NCBI GenBank assembly: GCA_963662285.2
Contig: CAXXMV010000002.1
Span: 128,001-192,000, forward strand
Direction of reading: 5' to 3'
DNA from: a bacterium
GTDB lineage: Bacteria; Hinthialibacterota; Hinthialibacteria; Hinthialibacterales; Hinthialibacteraceae
DNA: 64,000 nucleotides
The notes under the pieces were generated by a model. It made no database searches, had not been told where the DNA came from, and saw nothing but the letters and a program-made list of their open reading frames with translations. Numbering within the stretch: the stretch's first letter is position 1; every line of letters begins with the position of its first letter. A program made the position numbers and the translations under genes. This document shows, piece after piece, positions 37,184 to 46,599 of this stretch.

Positions 37184-38499
37184 GCCGAAAGATGGGCGAC
37201 CATTTCTACGTGGGCGGTTTGGGGGAACTGGTCGAATAGTTTTACTGAGTTTATCTGATATTTCTCTTGTAGTTCTGTGATGTCTTCTATGCCTTTGTTG
37301 GGATTGCAGGAGACGTATATCAGGTCGGAGAATGGTTCGTTGCGTAGTTGTTTGATCACTTGAGGGTGCAGGCCGGTTCTGGGTGGATCGATGAGGATGG
37401 TTTTGTATTCTTCCCGATTAGGCCATTCGATTTTTTCGGCGTCCATACAGCTGAACTCTATTGATGGGTTGTCGTTGTTTTCTTCTGCAATACGAATTGC
37501 TTCAGGGTTGTTTTCTATTCCCAGAATTTTGTCGAAGGCGTCGGCCAGGGTTATGGAGAATAGACCGATTCCGCAATATAAATCTATCAGGTTATTTTTA
37601 TCCTTTATTTCTGTAGTGATCTGCTTTATGTATTCGACCATCTTTACTGCTACCGCTGGATTGGGTTGGAAGAAGGATCGCGGGCCAACGTGAAAGGTAT
37701 TTTGGGATATCTTCTCGCGGTAGTATTTTTCTCCCCATAGGTGGCGTGGGCGACCGTCGGATTGATCGTTTTCCAGGTTATCGTTGATCAGTTGATATAC
37801 GCTGGTTACGTTTTCCAATCCTTCATATAGAGATGGTGGAATTGTCATGTCGTCGGATACGAATGACAGCATTATGTCTCCGGTGAAGATTCCATTTCTA
37901 ATGACAAGGTAGCGCAGGCCGCGTTTTTTCATTTTGCCGTCGCGGAAAGGCAAGCCTGATGCTTGAACGCGCTGGTTAACTTGGAGGGCGACGTCCATTA
38001 CTGCTTTGGGAGGTAAATGGCATTCCTGCAGGTCTACTATGGAATACCACTTGCCACGCTGGCGCAGGCCGAATTTGCCGTCGTACCACCAGATGAAATC
38101 CATGCGGTTACGGTATGCATAGGGGGCTTCTGATGCTATTTGGATGGATGATAGATCGATGGAAAATCCCGCTGCGGCGAAACGTTGGGCGACTCTGGCG
38201 CGTTTTAATTCTAATTGGCGTCTGTAATCTATATGCTGCCAGACGCAGCCTCCACATTCTCCGAAATGTTGGCATCGGGGATCGGTGCGGTGCGGGGATG
38301 GTTCAATTACTTGCAGCAGGCGAGCGTCTTTGCGGCGCAGGCGTTCGGCTTCGACCAGTTCGCCGGGGATGGTGTATGGTACGGTTAAGGTTCCACCTGT
38401 GTCGGATAGGCCCGTACCGATTCCTTTTTTGTTCAGGGTTTTTATTTGTACGGTGCGAATTTTGGGGGGAGTTTTATCGGATTTTGATATATTATTCAT
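37180..38499 (-). CDS. rlmD: 23S rRNA (uracil-5)-methyltransferase, RlmD/RumA family
   Basis: CQHFGECGGC, SFFQPN, DLYCGIG, DPPRTG, YVSCNP, DQFPQTAHVE. Confidence 0.88.
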   Translation of the reverse strand: MNNISKSDKTPPKIRTVQIKTLNKKGIGTGLSDTGGTLTVPYTIPGELVEAERLRRKDARLLQVIEPSPHRTDPRCQHFGECGGCVWQHIDYRRQLELKRARVAQRFAAAGFSIDLSSIQIASEAPYAYRNRMDFIWWYDGKFGLRQRGKWYSIVDLQECHLPPKAVMDVALQVNQRVQASGLPFRDGKMKKRGLRYLVIRNGIFTGDIMLSFVSDDMTIPPSLYEGLENVTSVYQLINDNLENDQSDGRPRHLWGEKYYREKISQNTFHVGPRSFFQPNPAVAVKMVEYIKQITTEIKDKNNLIDLYCGIGLFSITLADAFDKILGIENNPEAIRIAEENNDNPSIEFSCMDAEKIEWPNREEYKTILIDPPRTGLHPQVIKQLRNEPFSDLIYVSCNPNKGIEDITELQEKYQINSVKLFDQFPQTAHVEMVAHLSA

Positions 38500-38601
38500 A
38501 ACTTTTCATTTTTCTTGTTGCATGAATATGCAAGAGGGTGACAAATCGTATAGTTTACGGCACTATAATTTATTATTTCTACAAAAAAGAGTTTATAAAA
38601 T

Positions 38602-39855
38602 ATGATTTTATCAGGAATTTTTCATTCAGAAGATACTAAACAGCGGATTTTGACTGTTGCGGCTGTTTTATTATCTATTATTTATTTTTTCGTGGCTGCG
38701 GGTCGGTTTAGCGGTTCGGTGATTGGCATCTCTTTTTCGACCGGATACGACGCGTTTAAGCTGATTCCTCTGCCGTTTGTGTTTTGGATTTTCTACAGAA
38801 TTAAATATGATGACCGACCCTGGAAGGCGCCTGCGTTGCTCGTTCCGCTTATAACCCTGTGTTTGATCTCGCTGGTTTCGGGGATTGCTTCGCCTGATAG
38901 TTGGCAGGCTTTGGCCGATTCTTTGGAGATATTGTTTTATATCTTTCTCTTTGTGATGTTGATCGATTTTCCCTGGAATGAACGATTTTTGAAGATAGCG
39001 GCGGGTGGATTTATTTTAGGCAATTTGTATTTAATCAGCGTGGTGTTTAAGCAATATTTTTCGGCGGACGCTGCATCCGGCTTGATACGGGTCAGCGGGA
39101 CCTTTACTCATCCCAATACGCTTGGGCCATACTGCATTTTTGGAATGACGCTTTTGCTATGGCTGGTGGGCAACCTGCGTAACCGGACGGATTTAATCTG
39201 GACGTGGATTTCCATCGGTGGATTGTTCGTGGCTCTGCTGCTTTGCCAGTCGAGGACGACATTGATCGGTTTAGTTGTGTGGTTATTAGTTATCTATTGG
39301 TATGGAACGCCCCGTGTTAGAAGGGTGATAATTTCATTTTTTATTGCGGCATTCGTCTTATCTCTCTTTCTAACCCCGCAGATTTATGGCCGATTTTTCA
39401 GTTTGTTGGGCGAGATTCAGGACGAAAGTGGAGCTAACCGGATTTTGATCTGGTGCGGGATAATGCAGTCGGAGATGCCTACGCTATCTCCATTCGGGGT
39501 GGGGATGGGTCCAGTGGCTACGGTGCGTTTCGGGGACTGGATCGCTTCCAGTCCTGATGGGCCGCCGTTAGCGAGGGCCTGGGGGCCTCATAACGCATAC
39601 TTGGCCTGGCTGGTTGGCGCCGGGCTGATGGGGATGTGTTGTTTGATATGGCTGTTTTGCAGCGCTTTGAGGCGGCTAAAGAATTGCGACCAATATAATA
39701 AGGGAATATTGTCGGCGGGGATTGCGGCTTTGCTGGTAATTTGCCTTTACCAGGACCCATTGATGAGCAGTAATATCCCCATTGTCTGGATAACCATGCT
39801 GGCCATTATCGATAGGATCATGATTGACCGGGGAGAGGGGGAAGACATAGCATGA
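38602..39855 (+). CDS. O-antigen ligase family membrane protein
   Basis: RVSGTFTHPN, QSR, RILIW, HNAYL. Confidence 0.82.
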   Translation: MILSGIFHSEDTKQRILTVAAVLLSIIYFFVAAGRFSGSVIGISFSTGYDAFKLIPLPFVFWIFYRIKYDDRPWKAPALLVPLITLCLISLVSGIASPDSWQALADSLEILFYIFLFVMLIDFPWNERFLKIAAGGFILGNLYLISVVFKQYFSADAASGLIRVSGTFTHPNTLGPYCIFGMTLLLWLVGNLRNRTDLIWTWISIGGLFVALLLCQSRTTLIGLVVWLLVIYWYGTPRVRRVIISFFIAAFVLSLFLTPQIYGRFFSLLGEIQDESGANRILIWCGIMQSEMPTLSPFGVGMGPVATVRFGDWIASSPDGPPLARAWGPHNAYLAWLVGAGLMGMCCLIWLFCSALRRLKNCDQYNKGILSAGIAALLVICLYQDPLMSSNIPIVWITMLAIIDRIMIDRGEGEDIA

Positions 39856-41663
39856 AGCGTTTTCACCTGATTCCTGTTTTGATAATTTTCATCGGCGGCG
39901 CCTTGGCGGCATCCCATAATTGGTTATGGGCCAAGGGATTTATGGCGCTTTGGTTGTTGATTTTTGCGTTTAACTTCCTTCCGGTTAATCGTATAACCAC
40001 GCCGTTGCGGTCTATTTTGATATTCGTTACTCTGGCTTCATCTATCAGCGGCCTGGGCATAATGTTTTTTCCATCGGTTTACTCATTTCTAGTGATTCTT
40101 TTTTGGCTTGGAACGCTGGTTTATTTATTAAAGTTTGCGCGTGATGAAGATTTAGATATAGAAGCGGATGATGTTATTTATTGGCCGTTAAAAAAGCATG
40201 TAATTTGGCTGCTGTTTAGTTTTGGAGTAGGCGCCTTGGTTGCGCATAAGGTGTTCGGCTTAATCTCGGGGCAGCCCTGCGTGATAGCCTGGTGGACTCC
40301 TGTCGCCTGGTCGGCTTTGGGTATTATGGTTAGCTATCCTCGCAGCATCGGGGTTGTGCCTGTTATATATAATAAACGTCTCTTTCCCTGGGGATTGCTT
40401 ATACTAGCCGTCGGTATTTTTAGTTTTCATGTATATATCCATTTAATCTTAAAGCTAAATTTGGAAATGCATAAGAAAACCTTATTTAAGAATGAGATGC
40501 CTTCAGTTGAATCAATAAGAGATAAAGCTATTAAAAAAGGCTACATTGAAACCGGGATTACTTACGCATTGATTGAAACACAACTGATATTTGAAAAACA
40601 TGGCTGGGAAAAAGCGGCGGTTTATCATCGCAGCATTTGGGGCCAGATAGATAAAGAGCGGCTGGCTCGTGCTTTCCGTGAAGGTTCTGCGCTTAAGGAT
40701 AATTACTTTCTGTTTACCGTCTGTTATGGCTGCAACCTGATTTTGGCGTCTGATGAAGAGGCGGTGGATTTTGGCGTTTTGGCTGAAGAAGAGGCTTTTT
40801 TAGTGCTGACTTCCAAGGGACGGTTGCTTCGGTTGGGGACTGATGGAATGCAATGCATTATGCAGGATATAGAAAAACCTGCGGCAATTGCATTTACTGA
40901 GGATAACCAGAGCGTCGCGGTTCTTTCGTCGGATGGGAATATCCGCGTAATTACTTCTGGTCAGGACGTGTTGGATATTTTGGTTGCTTCTGATTTAACA
41001 TGGAATGATATTTCGTTTAATCAGCAGGGCGATGCTATTTGGGCGCTTAATGGAAGCGGCGGGATTGCGCAATACGCCTATTCTGATAGCGCGGGCATCC
41101 GTGGCGAAAGCATTGCTTTGCATCCTCCTCTGTGGGGAGAGCCGGATGTGGCGCGCTCATTCGCTCCGGTTAGAGATGGCGAGGCCTTTTTGTTGTTGGA
41201 TAAGGCTGGAGGGATTCATTGGCGATCCGCGACGCCTCTGGCTGATGATAACCCAACCAGGAAACAGCTGTTAAAGTATTATAATCCCAACCGTATGCTG
41301 GCGGCGGCGGTTGATTATTGGGCGCCGGAAGAAGCGGTTATGTTTATGGAGCAGACGGGCAGGACGATGTTTACGCCTATCGCTGGTTTGATGAATCCCG
41401 CTGAGACTTTGGATGATGTGATGTCTGAAACAGAAGAAGAAAAGACTCCGGTTAGCGGGTTGATTTATTTTAGCCAGGAACAGAGTTCTTGGATCAGGAA
41501 GATTGAAACGGTCTCTATGGCGCCGTTGCCTCAGGTGAATACATTGTTTCAGCTGCGGCGTAATGGAACTATCCAGGCTATCGCTATGCCGCAGAGGCAT
41601 CATATCCGCATTCCCCATGAGAAGTATTTGAATATTGATGTGGGTAATTGTTTGGTGGAATAA
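39852..41663 (+). CDS. Membrane protein with putative C-terminal beta-propeller
   Basis: About 6-7 N-terminal TM segments, then repeated VLxxxGxI blades; overlaps the previous stop (ATGA). Confidence 0.55.
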   Translation: MKRFHLIPVLIIFIGGALAASHNWLWAKGFMALWLLIFAFNFLPVNRITTPLRSILIFVTLASSISGLGIMFFPSVYSFLVILFWLGTLVYLLKFARDEDLDIEADDVIYWPLKKHVIWLLFSFGVGALVAHKVFGLISGQPCVIAWWTPVAWSALGIMVSYPRSIGVVPVIYNKRLFPWGLLILAVGIFSFHVYIHLILKLNLEMHKKTLFKNEMPSVESIRDKAIKKGYIETGITYALIETQLIFEKHGWEKAAVYHRSIWGQIDKERLARAFREGSALKDNYFLFTVCYGCNLILASDEEAVDFGVLAEEEAFLVLTSKGRLLRLGTDGMQCIMQDIEKPAAIAFTEDNQSVAVLSSDGNIRVITSGQDVLDILVASDLTWNDISFNQQGDAIWALNGSGGIAQYAYSDSAGIRGESIALHPPLWGEPDVARSFAPVRDGEAFLLLDKAGGIHWRSATPLADDNPTRKQLLKYYNPNRMLAAAVDYWAPEEAVMFMEQTGRTMFTPIAGLMNPAETLDDVMSETEEEKTPVSGLIYFSQEQSSWIRKIETVSMAPLPQVNTLFQLRRNGTIQAIAMPQRHHIRIPHEKYLNIDVGNCLVE

Positions 41664-41694
41664 TTTTGGTTGTCCGGTGGTTGTTGGTAATTTT

Positions 41695-41720
41695 GGGCGC
41701 CCACGAGGGGCGCACCCTAC
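41695..41720 (-). repeat. REP family A
   Basis: GGGCGCCCACGAGGGGCGCACCCTAC. Confidence 0.85.
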
Positions 41721-41853
41721 TTGTGATGCTAGAGTATTTATCATAATAATATTCTGATTGGGAGTGATGCGGTGGGCTAAGAAAAAAGCACTTGCTAAAC
41801 TCGTGCCCCAAACATAGACTATCTATATCCAAGAGCCGCATGAGAGGTCTACC

Positions 41854-42069
41854 ATGCTACGATTCAGAGTTTTTATTGAACAGGATGAAGACGGCATTTT
41901 CGTCGCGGAAGCCCCAAATCTTCCAGGCTGCATCAGCCAGGGAAGCACCAGGCAGGAAGCCTTGATTAACATCAAGGAGGCAATGCAAGGCTATATCGAA
42001 AGCCTCAAGAAACACGACGAGCCAATCCCTTTACCGATCAGCGAGGAATTGGTCGAAATTGATACCTAA
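41854..42069 (+). CDS. hicB: HicB-family antitoxin
   Basis: EQDEDG.FVAE.P.LPGC.SQG.T..EA..NIKEA. Confidence 0.92.
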   Translation: MLRFRVFIEQDEDGIFVAEAPNLPGCISQGSTRQEALINIKEAMQGYIESLKKHDEPIPLPISEELVEIDT

Positions 42070-42286
42070 ACTCCCGGTCATCTCAGGCCATGATGCTGTT
42101 CAAGCCCTATCCAAAATTGGCTACGCGCCAGACCACCAGACAGGAAGTCACGTCATCCTTCGTCGCAAAGAGCCGCCTTATCGTAGACTCACCATTCCAA
42201 ACCATAAGGAACTTGCCAAGGGAACTCTACGCGCAATTATTAGACAAAGTGGTTTGTCACCAGAAGAATTCATTATTCTTCTTTGA
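42059..42286 (+). CDS. hicA: HicA-family toxin
   Basis: PKLPVISG, QTGSH, IPNHKELAKGTL. Confidence 0.9.
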   Translation: MIPKLPVISGHDAVQALSKIGYAPDHQTGSHVILRRKEPPYRRLTIPNHKELAKGTLRAIIRQSGLSPEEFIILL

Positions 42287-42288
42287 TC

Positions 42289-42332
42289 GTAGGTGGTTTT
42301 CAAGGGTAGAAAATACACTACCCTTGGCACCC
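42289..42332 (-). repeat. REP family D with GTAGGTGGTTTT tail
   Basis: Matches 33117 and 35509. Confidence 0.85.
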
Positions 42333-42517
42333 TGCGAAGGCAAAACCACGATCCGCTTCGAGCAACTGACCGAAGCCTCACCCTTCCAGAAGCACGTCTT
42401 TAACCTGCTCGGAATCAAGCCATGAACTATTGTACCCAGTAACGCTACATTTTAAATCGCAACTAACTTCTCGAAATATCATGGCTTAGGTGCGATTTCA
42501 CGCTGGAACTTCGGCTT
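42333..42517 (+). mobile_element. Insertion-sequence right-end remnant (IS1634/IS4-like)
   Basis: Encodes EQLTEASPFQKHVFNLLGIKP*, resembling a transposase C-terminus, followed by a GGAACTTCGG end-like motif. Confidence 0.5.
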
Positions 42518-42605
42518 AAGTTTCTTTGATTTTTGTCTTGACAAAGGGGTACACTTCATCTAATGTCCGATAATACTTTATTATCAAAGCATAGAGGATA
42601 GGGTA

Positions 42606-43238
42606 ATGTTTCTGGGAAAGAAAAATTTATGTTTAATAATAATTTCGCTTGTTACATTATTTTCATCTTGTGAATCTTCCCAAACAAAAGAAAATATTAA
42701 ATTTGATGAACTACAAGATGAAGAACGTCTGCAGATCGCAGCACAGAAAAAAGCGTTTCAAGAGAAGATCTATAGAAGAACTATTTATGATTTTATTCAT
42801 TTCATGAATAATAACCAAAAGAAATGGAAATTTCGATTAAACAAAATAATAACTATTGGAATTGCAGATAAAAACCATTTCTCGGTAAAAGATATGGGTA
42901 AAAAACCATATTCAAGTTATGTTTCTATTTGGACATTATTTGCTAAAAATATATCAGACAATATAGATATTGATTTAGTGGTTCATGGATTTGCTGATAT
43001 AGATACATTAAAATATGGTTGGTATTCATTTATATTAGGTAATGCATGGAGTGGTATTGTTAAGGGAGAAAAAGTTGATTTTTTTTCAGAGAAAGAAAAA
43101 TTCATTGAAATAACGGATTTTAATAAGCATTTAAATTCTGCCCTCAATGCATTCCATGATACTTATTTTAATAGAAATGATTTTTATAACGAGTCAATTG
43201 AAGATAATATGTTATATAATCCGATTTTCTCAAATTAG
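42606..43238 (+). CDS. Hypothetical lipoprotein, AT-rich
   Basis: Lipobox-like LFSSC; GAGGA RBS. Confidence 0.6.
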   Translation: MFLGKKNLCLIIISLVTLFSSCESSQTKENIKFDELQDEERLQIAAQKKAFQEKIYRRTIYDFIHFMNNNQKKWKFRLNKIITIGIADKNHFSVKDMGKKPYSSYVSIWTLFAKNISDNIDIDLVVHGFADIDTLKYGWYSFILGNAWSGIVKGEKVDFFSEKEKFIEITDFNKHLNSALNAFHDTYFNRNDFYNESIEDNMLYNPIFSN

Positions 43239-43658
43239 TTAATCGACTGAAAACAATCGACTACTATATAACCAATAGTGGCCTGGAAATCTAAAAAAAA
43301 TGTGCGGAGAGGAATATTCACTCCCGCACGTGCTGGATTTATACTCCAATATTAGTTGTACATCCTGAAAATCAAAAAATATTGTGCGGGGGAACATTGA
43401 CACTAAATGCGTCGGTGTTTGGTGCCCCCCTCCCCCGCCCGGAAAAAGAGAACCCAATAGGAAGAAAAAACTGGCTGGATGGCAACGGCAAGTTTTCTTT
43501 GCCCTTAATTTGAATACCGAGCGATGCTTGTTTAATATTACGCCATTGATACGACTCCGTTACGCTTCGCTTGCCCTTGCCACCCTACCGCTTTAATGGT
43601 AGTGGATTTAGGGATAATCTTCGCTTTTAGCCTATCATACGCGTAGAATATTTAACAT

Positions 43659-43700
43659 AATAAAGCCCGGTGGATGTTACAATTCCCACCGGGCTTTATT
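43659..43700. terminator. Bidirectional terminator-like hairpin
   Basis: AATAAAGCCCGGTGG...CCACCGGGCTTTATT. Confidence 0.8.
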
Positions 43701-43726
43701 TATTTTGCTGTTAGCGTGAAAACAGA

Positions 43727-45091
43727 TTAAAAATCTAATCCCCAGCCTTTACGGTATTTCTTTGTTACAAATTCATTGGCGGCGCGGTTGTTGGTCACTT
43801 CCATTTTTTCGGCATCCCATAATAGTTTGCCTGGACACCGCAGAGACAGGTTGCCAAGAACGATGACCTCGCTGAACGGTCCGGAATAATCGAAATTCGA
43901 GCAAGCCGCTACGCCGCCTTTACAGGCCTGGAGCCAGTCCACTGTATGACCAAATGAGCGTGGAATACTTTTTTGAGGCATTTTGTAATCTTTGTTCATT
44001 TCATCAGAGACAAAGCGCGTATCGCCGCCATACTCGCCTGTTGTAAGAACGCCTTTTTCGCCGACGAAATATGAACCATTGTCTCCATCACCGAGTTTCG
44101 TATCTGGTCCGGCTCCTGCCGGGCGGGGAGGCTTCAAACCGCCATCATACCAATAGACGGTAACAGGTTTCAGGCCATAACGCGCTGGAAACTCATATTT
44201 AACAATAGATTTTGTGGGCGCCGTTTGATCGTTTTTAGCATCCTGCCGGAGACATTCGATGCTAATTGGAGTTCCCAGGCGAAGCGCCCAATTGGCCGGA
44301 TCCATGATATGGCAACCCATGTCGCCGAGAGCTCCACAGCCGAAATCCCACCAGCCGCGCCAATTAAATGGCGCATAGTCTTTATTGTACGGACGTTCGG
44401 GAGCTGTACCCAACCAGAGATTCCAATCCATTGTTTCAGGAGTTGGTTGCTTGGGTAGTGGAGTAACAACGCCTTGAGGCCAGACCGGACGATTAGTCCA
44501 AATATGAGCTTCTGTAATAGGACCGATAGCGCCATCCCATACCATTTCACAAAGTTGTCGAACGCCTTCACCGGAATGGCCTTGGTTGCCCATTTGAGTG
44601 GCGACCTTATATTCCCGTGCGGCTTTAGTCAGTTCACGTGCTTCATACACGGTATGAGTCAAAGGTTTTTGAACATATACGTGGATGCCGCGCCGGATGC
44701 AAGCCATGGCGGCAGGCGCATGAGTATGATCCGGTGTGGAGACAGTACATGCGTCTATATGCTTTTCTTTATCCAGCATCTCGCGGTAATCTTTGTACTT
44801 TTTGGCATCAGGAAACTTTCTGAATGTATCTGCCGCCCGATCCCAATCGACATCACATAAAGCGACGATATTTTCACCGGCATCGGCGCAATTCCCGATA
44901 TCCGAACTACCTTTGCCGCCAGAACCGATGGCTGCCACATTCAGTTTTCCATTGGGTGATTGATAGCCCAGGCGCTTGAGTGAAGGGATGCGTGCGGTCT
45001 TCGTAGAACGATCCCCGGTTGTTGCGCAACCGGCCATTGCGATACTGGCGCCCATCAAAAATATACGTCGTGAAACTTCTGTTTTACTCAT
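43727..45091 (-). CDS. Tat-exported Gfo/Idh/MocA oxidoreductase
   Basis: SRRIFL, IGSGGKG, STPDHTH, YVQKPL, NWRGWWDFG, DMGCH. Confidence 0.92.
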   Translation of the reverse strand: MSKTEVSRRIFLMGASIAMAGCATTGDRSTKTARIPSLKRLGYQSPNGKLNVAAIGSGGKGSSDIGNCADAGENIVALCDVDWDRAADTFRKFPDAKKYKDYREMLDKEKHIDACTVSTPDHTHAPAAMACIRRGIHVYVQKPLTHTVYEARELTKAAREYKVATQMGNQGHSGEGVRQLCEMVWDGAIGPITEAHIWTNRPVWPQGVVTPLPKQPTPETMDWNLWLGTAPERPYNKDYAPFNWRGWWDFGCGALGDMGCHIMDPANWALRLGTPISIECLRQDAKNDQTAPTKSIVKYEFPARYGLKPVTVYWYDGGLKPPRPAGAGPDTKLGDGDNGSYFVGEKGVLTTGEYGGDTRFVSDEMNKDYKMPQKSIPRSFGHTVDWLQACKGGVAACSNFDYSGPFSEVIVLGNLSLRCPGKLLWDAEKMEVTNNRAANEFVTKKYRKGWGLDF

Positions 45092-45333
45092 TGTTTCTAT
45101 TCTCCTATCCATTTAGTTGATGAAGTGAAAAAAAAATCAATCATAAAGTTAACTTTTTGAGTTAATCGTTATAATTATTTTCTTCATTCTTTTTATTTAA
45201 CTTATCAAAAATAGCTACATTATTCCAGCGTTATGCAATTTCCTGAAATAAATTACCATAATAAATATAATTCATTGTATTTACGCTAAAGAACTTCATA
45301 TCCCTGGCCTTTACGCTTGGTGGAGAGGAGACT

Positions 45334-46524
45334 TTATACCTGCTCGATTTTAATGGCGTCTACCACAAATATCTCCCCCTTTTCTGTATGGGGCGATAAT
45401 TCTAAAGAATAAGTTCCTTCGTGAAAATCATTTATTAATAATTGAGTCCAACCGTTTTTAATACGATTGGGAATTTTGCCTATTTTTATTGTTTTACCGG
45501 TAGAATATTTTATCCGCCAGCATCCAGAATTTAGGGTAGATATTTGTCCATGATCTATTATAGCCGGGGTCCAGATAGATATCTGATATTGCCCGTGGGT
45601 TTTGATAGAGAAATCCAGTACATACGGCGCTTCGGTTTTTTTTGTTTCTAAATATGAATAGCCATATAATCCTTTCGGGATAGAAGGATCGCTTTTTACC
45701 AAATTCCATTCATCATTCCAGGCGCCTTGGGCTTCATCGTAGATAGCCAGTTTTGCGCGTACTTTTTCTAAATCAACGCCCAGTTTGCAGCATACCATGG
45801 CTTGATCGAATAATTGGCAGATGGTGGTTCTGGGGATGGCGTAAGGATTGGATTGCTTGTCGATTCGGGCGTTAGGGCTGGCAATAAAACCAGCTGCATA
45901 TTTATTCTCTTGAACGGAATGGATTATCCGTTCATTGCATTTTCCGAAAGGATATGAGATAGATTTAACGCCGGTAAATCCATTGGTTCGTAAATCAGTT
46001 AGAGATTGTTGTAATTCAAACTCCAGCGTCTTATCGTCAATTTCCAGAAAGTCATTATGATTTACGCTATGCGAATGTATTTGCCAGCGGCCAGAATTCT
46101 CTAATTGATGCAGGTCATCCCAGGTGCAGTATTTGGGGCGCCCTTGTTCGATGCAGCCCGTAGCGACAAAAGATGCGGCGCACATATCGTATTGCTTGAG
46201 GATGGGATCTGCGTAGTCAATAGCGCCGAACCAGCCATCATCAAAGGTGATGACAATATAATTATTCTCTGGAATATTCTTGTTTTTCAAACATTCAATT
46301 ATTTTATCTATTGAAATCGTTTGTTTGCCGCCGATGCGGATCATTTTTATGACGTCGCGGAAATAATCCGGCGAAACGCAGGGACCGTGTAAATGATCAG
46401 GAGACACTTGGTGAAAGATCACTGAATAGATAACGTTTTCAGATTCTTTGGATGATGAACATCCTTCAATTAGTAATACAATTAATGACAGAAGCCATAA
46501 AAGTAATAACGATGTTATGCGCAT
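45334..46524 (-). CDS. Polysaccharide deacetylase (CE4/PgaB-like) lipoprotein
   Basis: Lipobox IEGC; ITFDDG, HSHSVNH, SYPFG. Confidence 0.85.
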   Translation of the reverse strand: MRITSLLLLWLLSLIVLLIEGCSSSKESENVIYSVIFHQVSPDHLHGPCVSPDYFRDVIKMIRIGGKQTISIDKIIECLKNKNIPENNYIVITFDDGWFGAIDYADPILKQYDMCAASFVATGCIEQGRPKYCTWDDLHQLENSGRWQIHSHSVNHNDFLEIDDKTLEFELQQSLTDLRTNGFTGVKSISYPFGKCNERIIHSVQENKYAAGFIASPNARIDKQSNPYAIPRTTICQLFDQAMVCCKLGVDLEKVRAKLAIYDEAQGAWNDEWNLVKSDPSIPKGLYGYSYLETKKTEAPYVLDFSIKTHGQYQISIWTPAIIDHGQISTLNSGCWRIKYSTGKTIKIGKIPNRIKNGWTQLLINDFHEGTYSLELSPHTEKGEIFVVDAIKIEQV

Positions 46525-46553
46525 TTTTCCGATGATGTCAAAGAATATTTTAG

Positions 46554-46594
46554 TGGTTTTTGGTGGGCTACACTTCGTTTTTAGCCCACCCTAC
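46554..46594 (-). repeat. REP family B with tail
   Basis: GGTGGGCTACACTTCGTTTTTAGCCCACCCTAC. Confidence 0.85.
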
Positions 46595-46599
46595 CTGAT

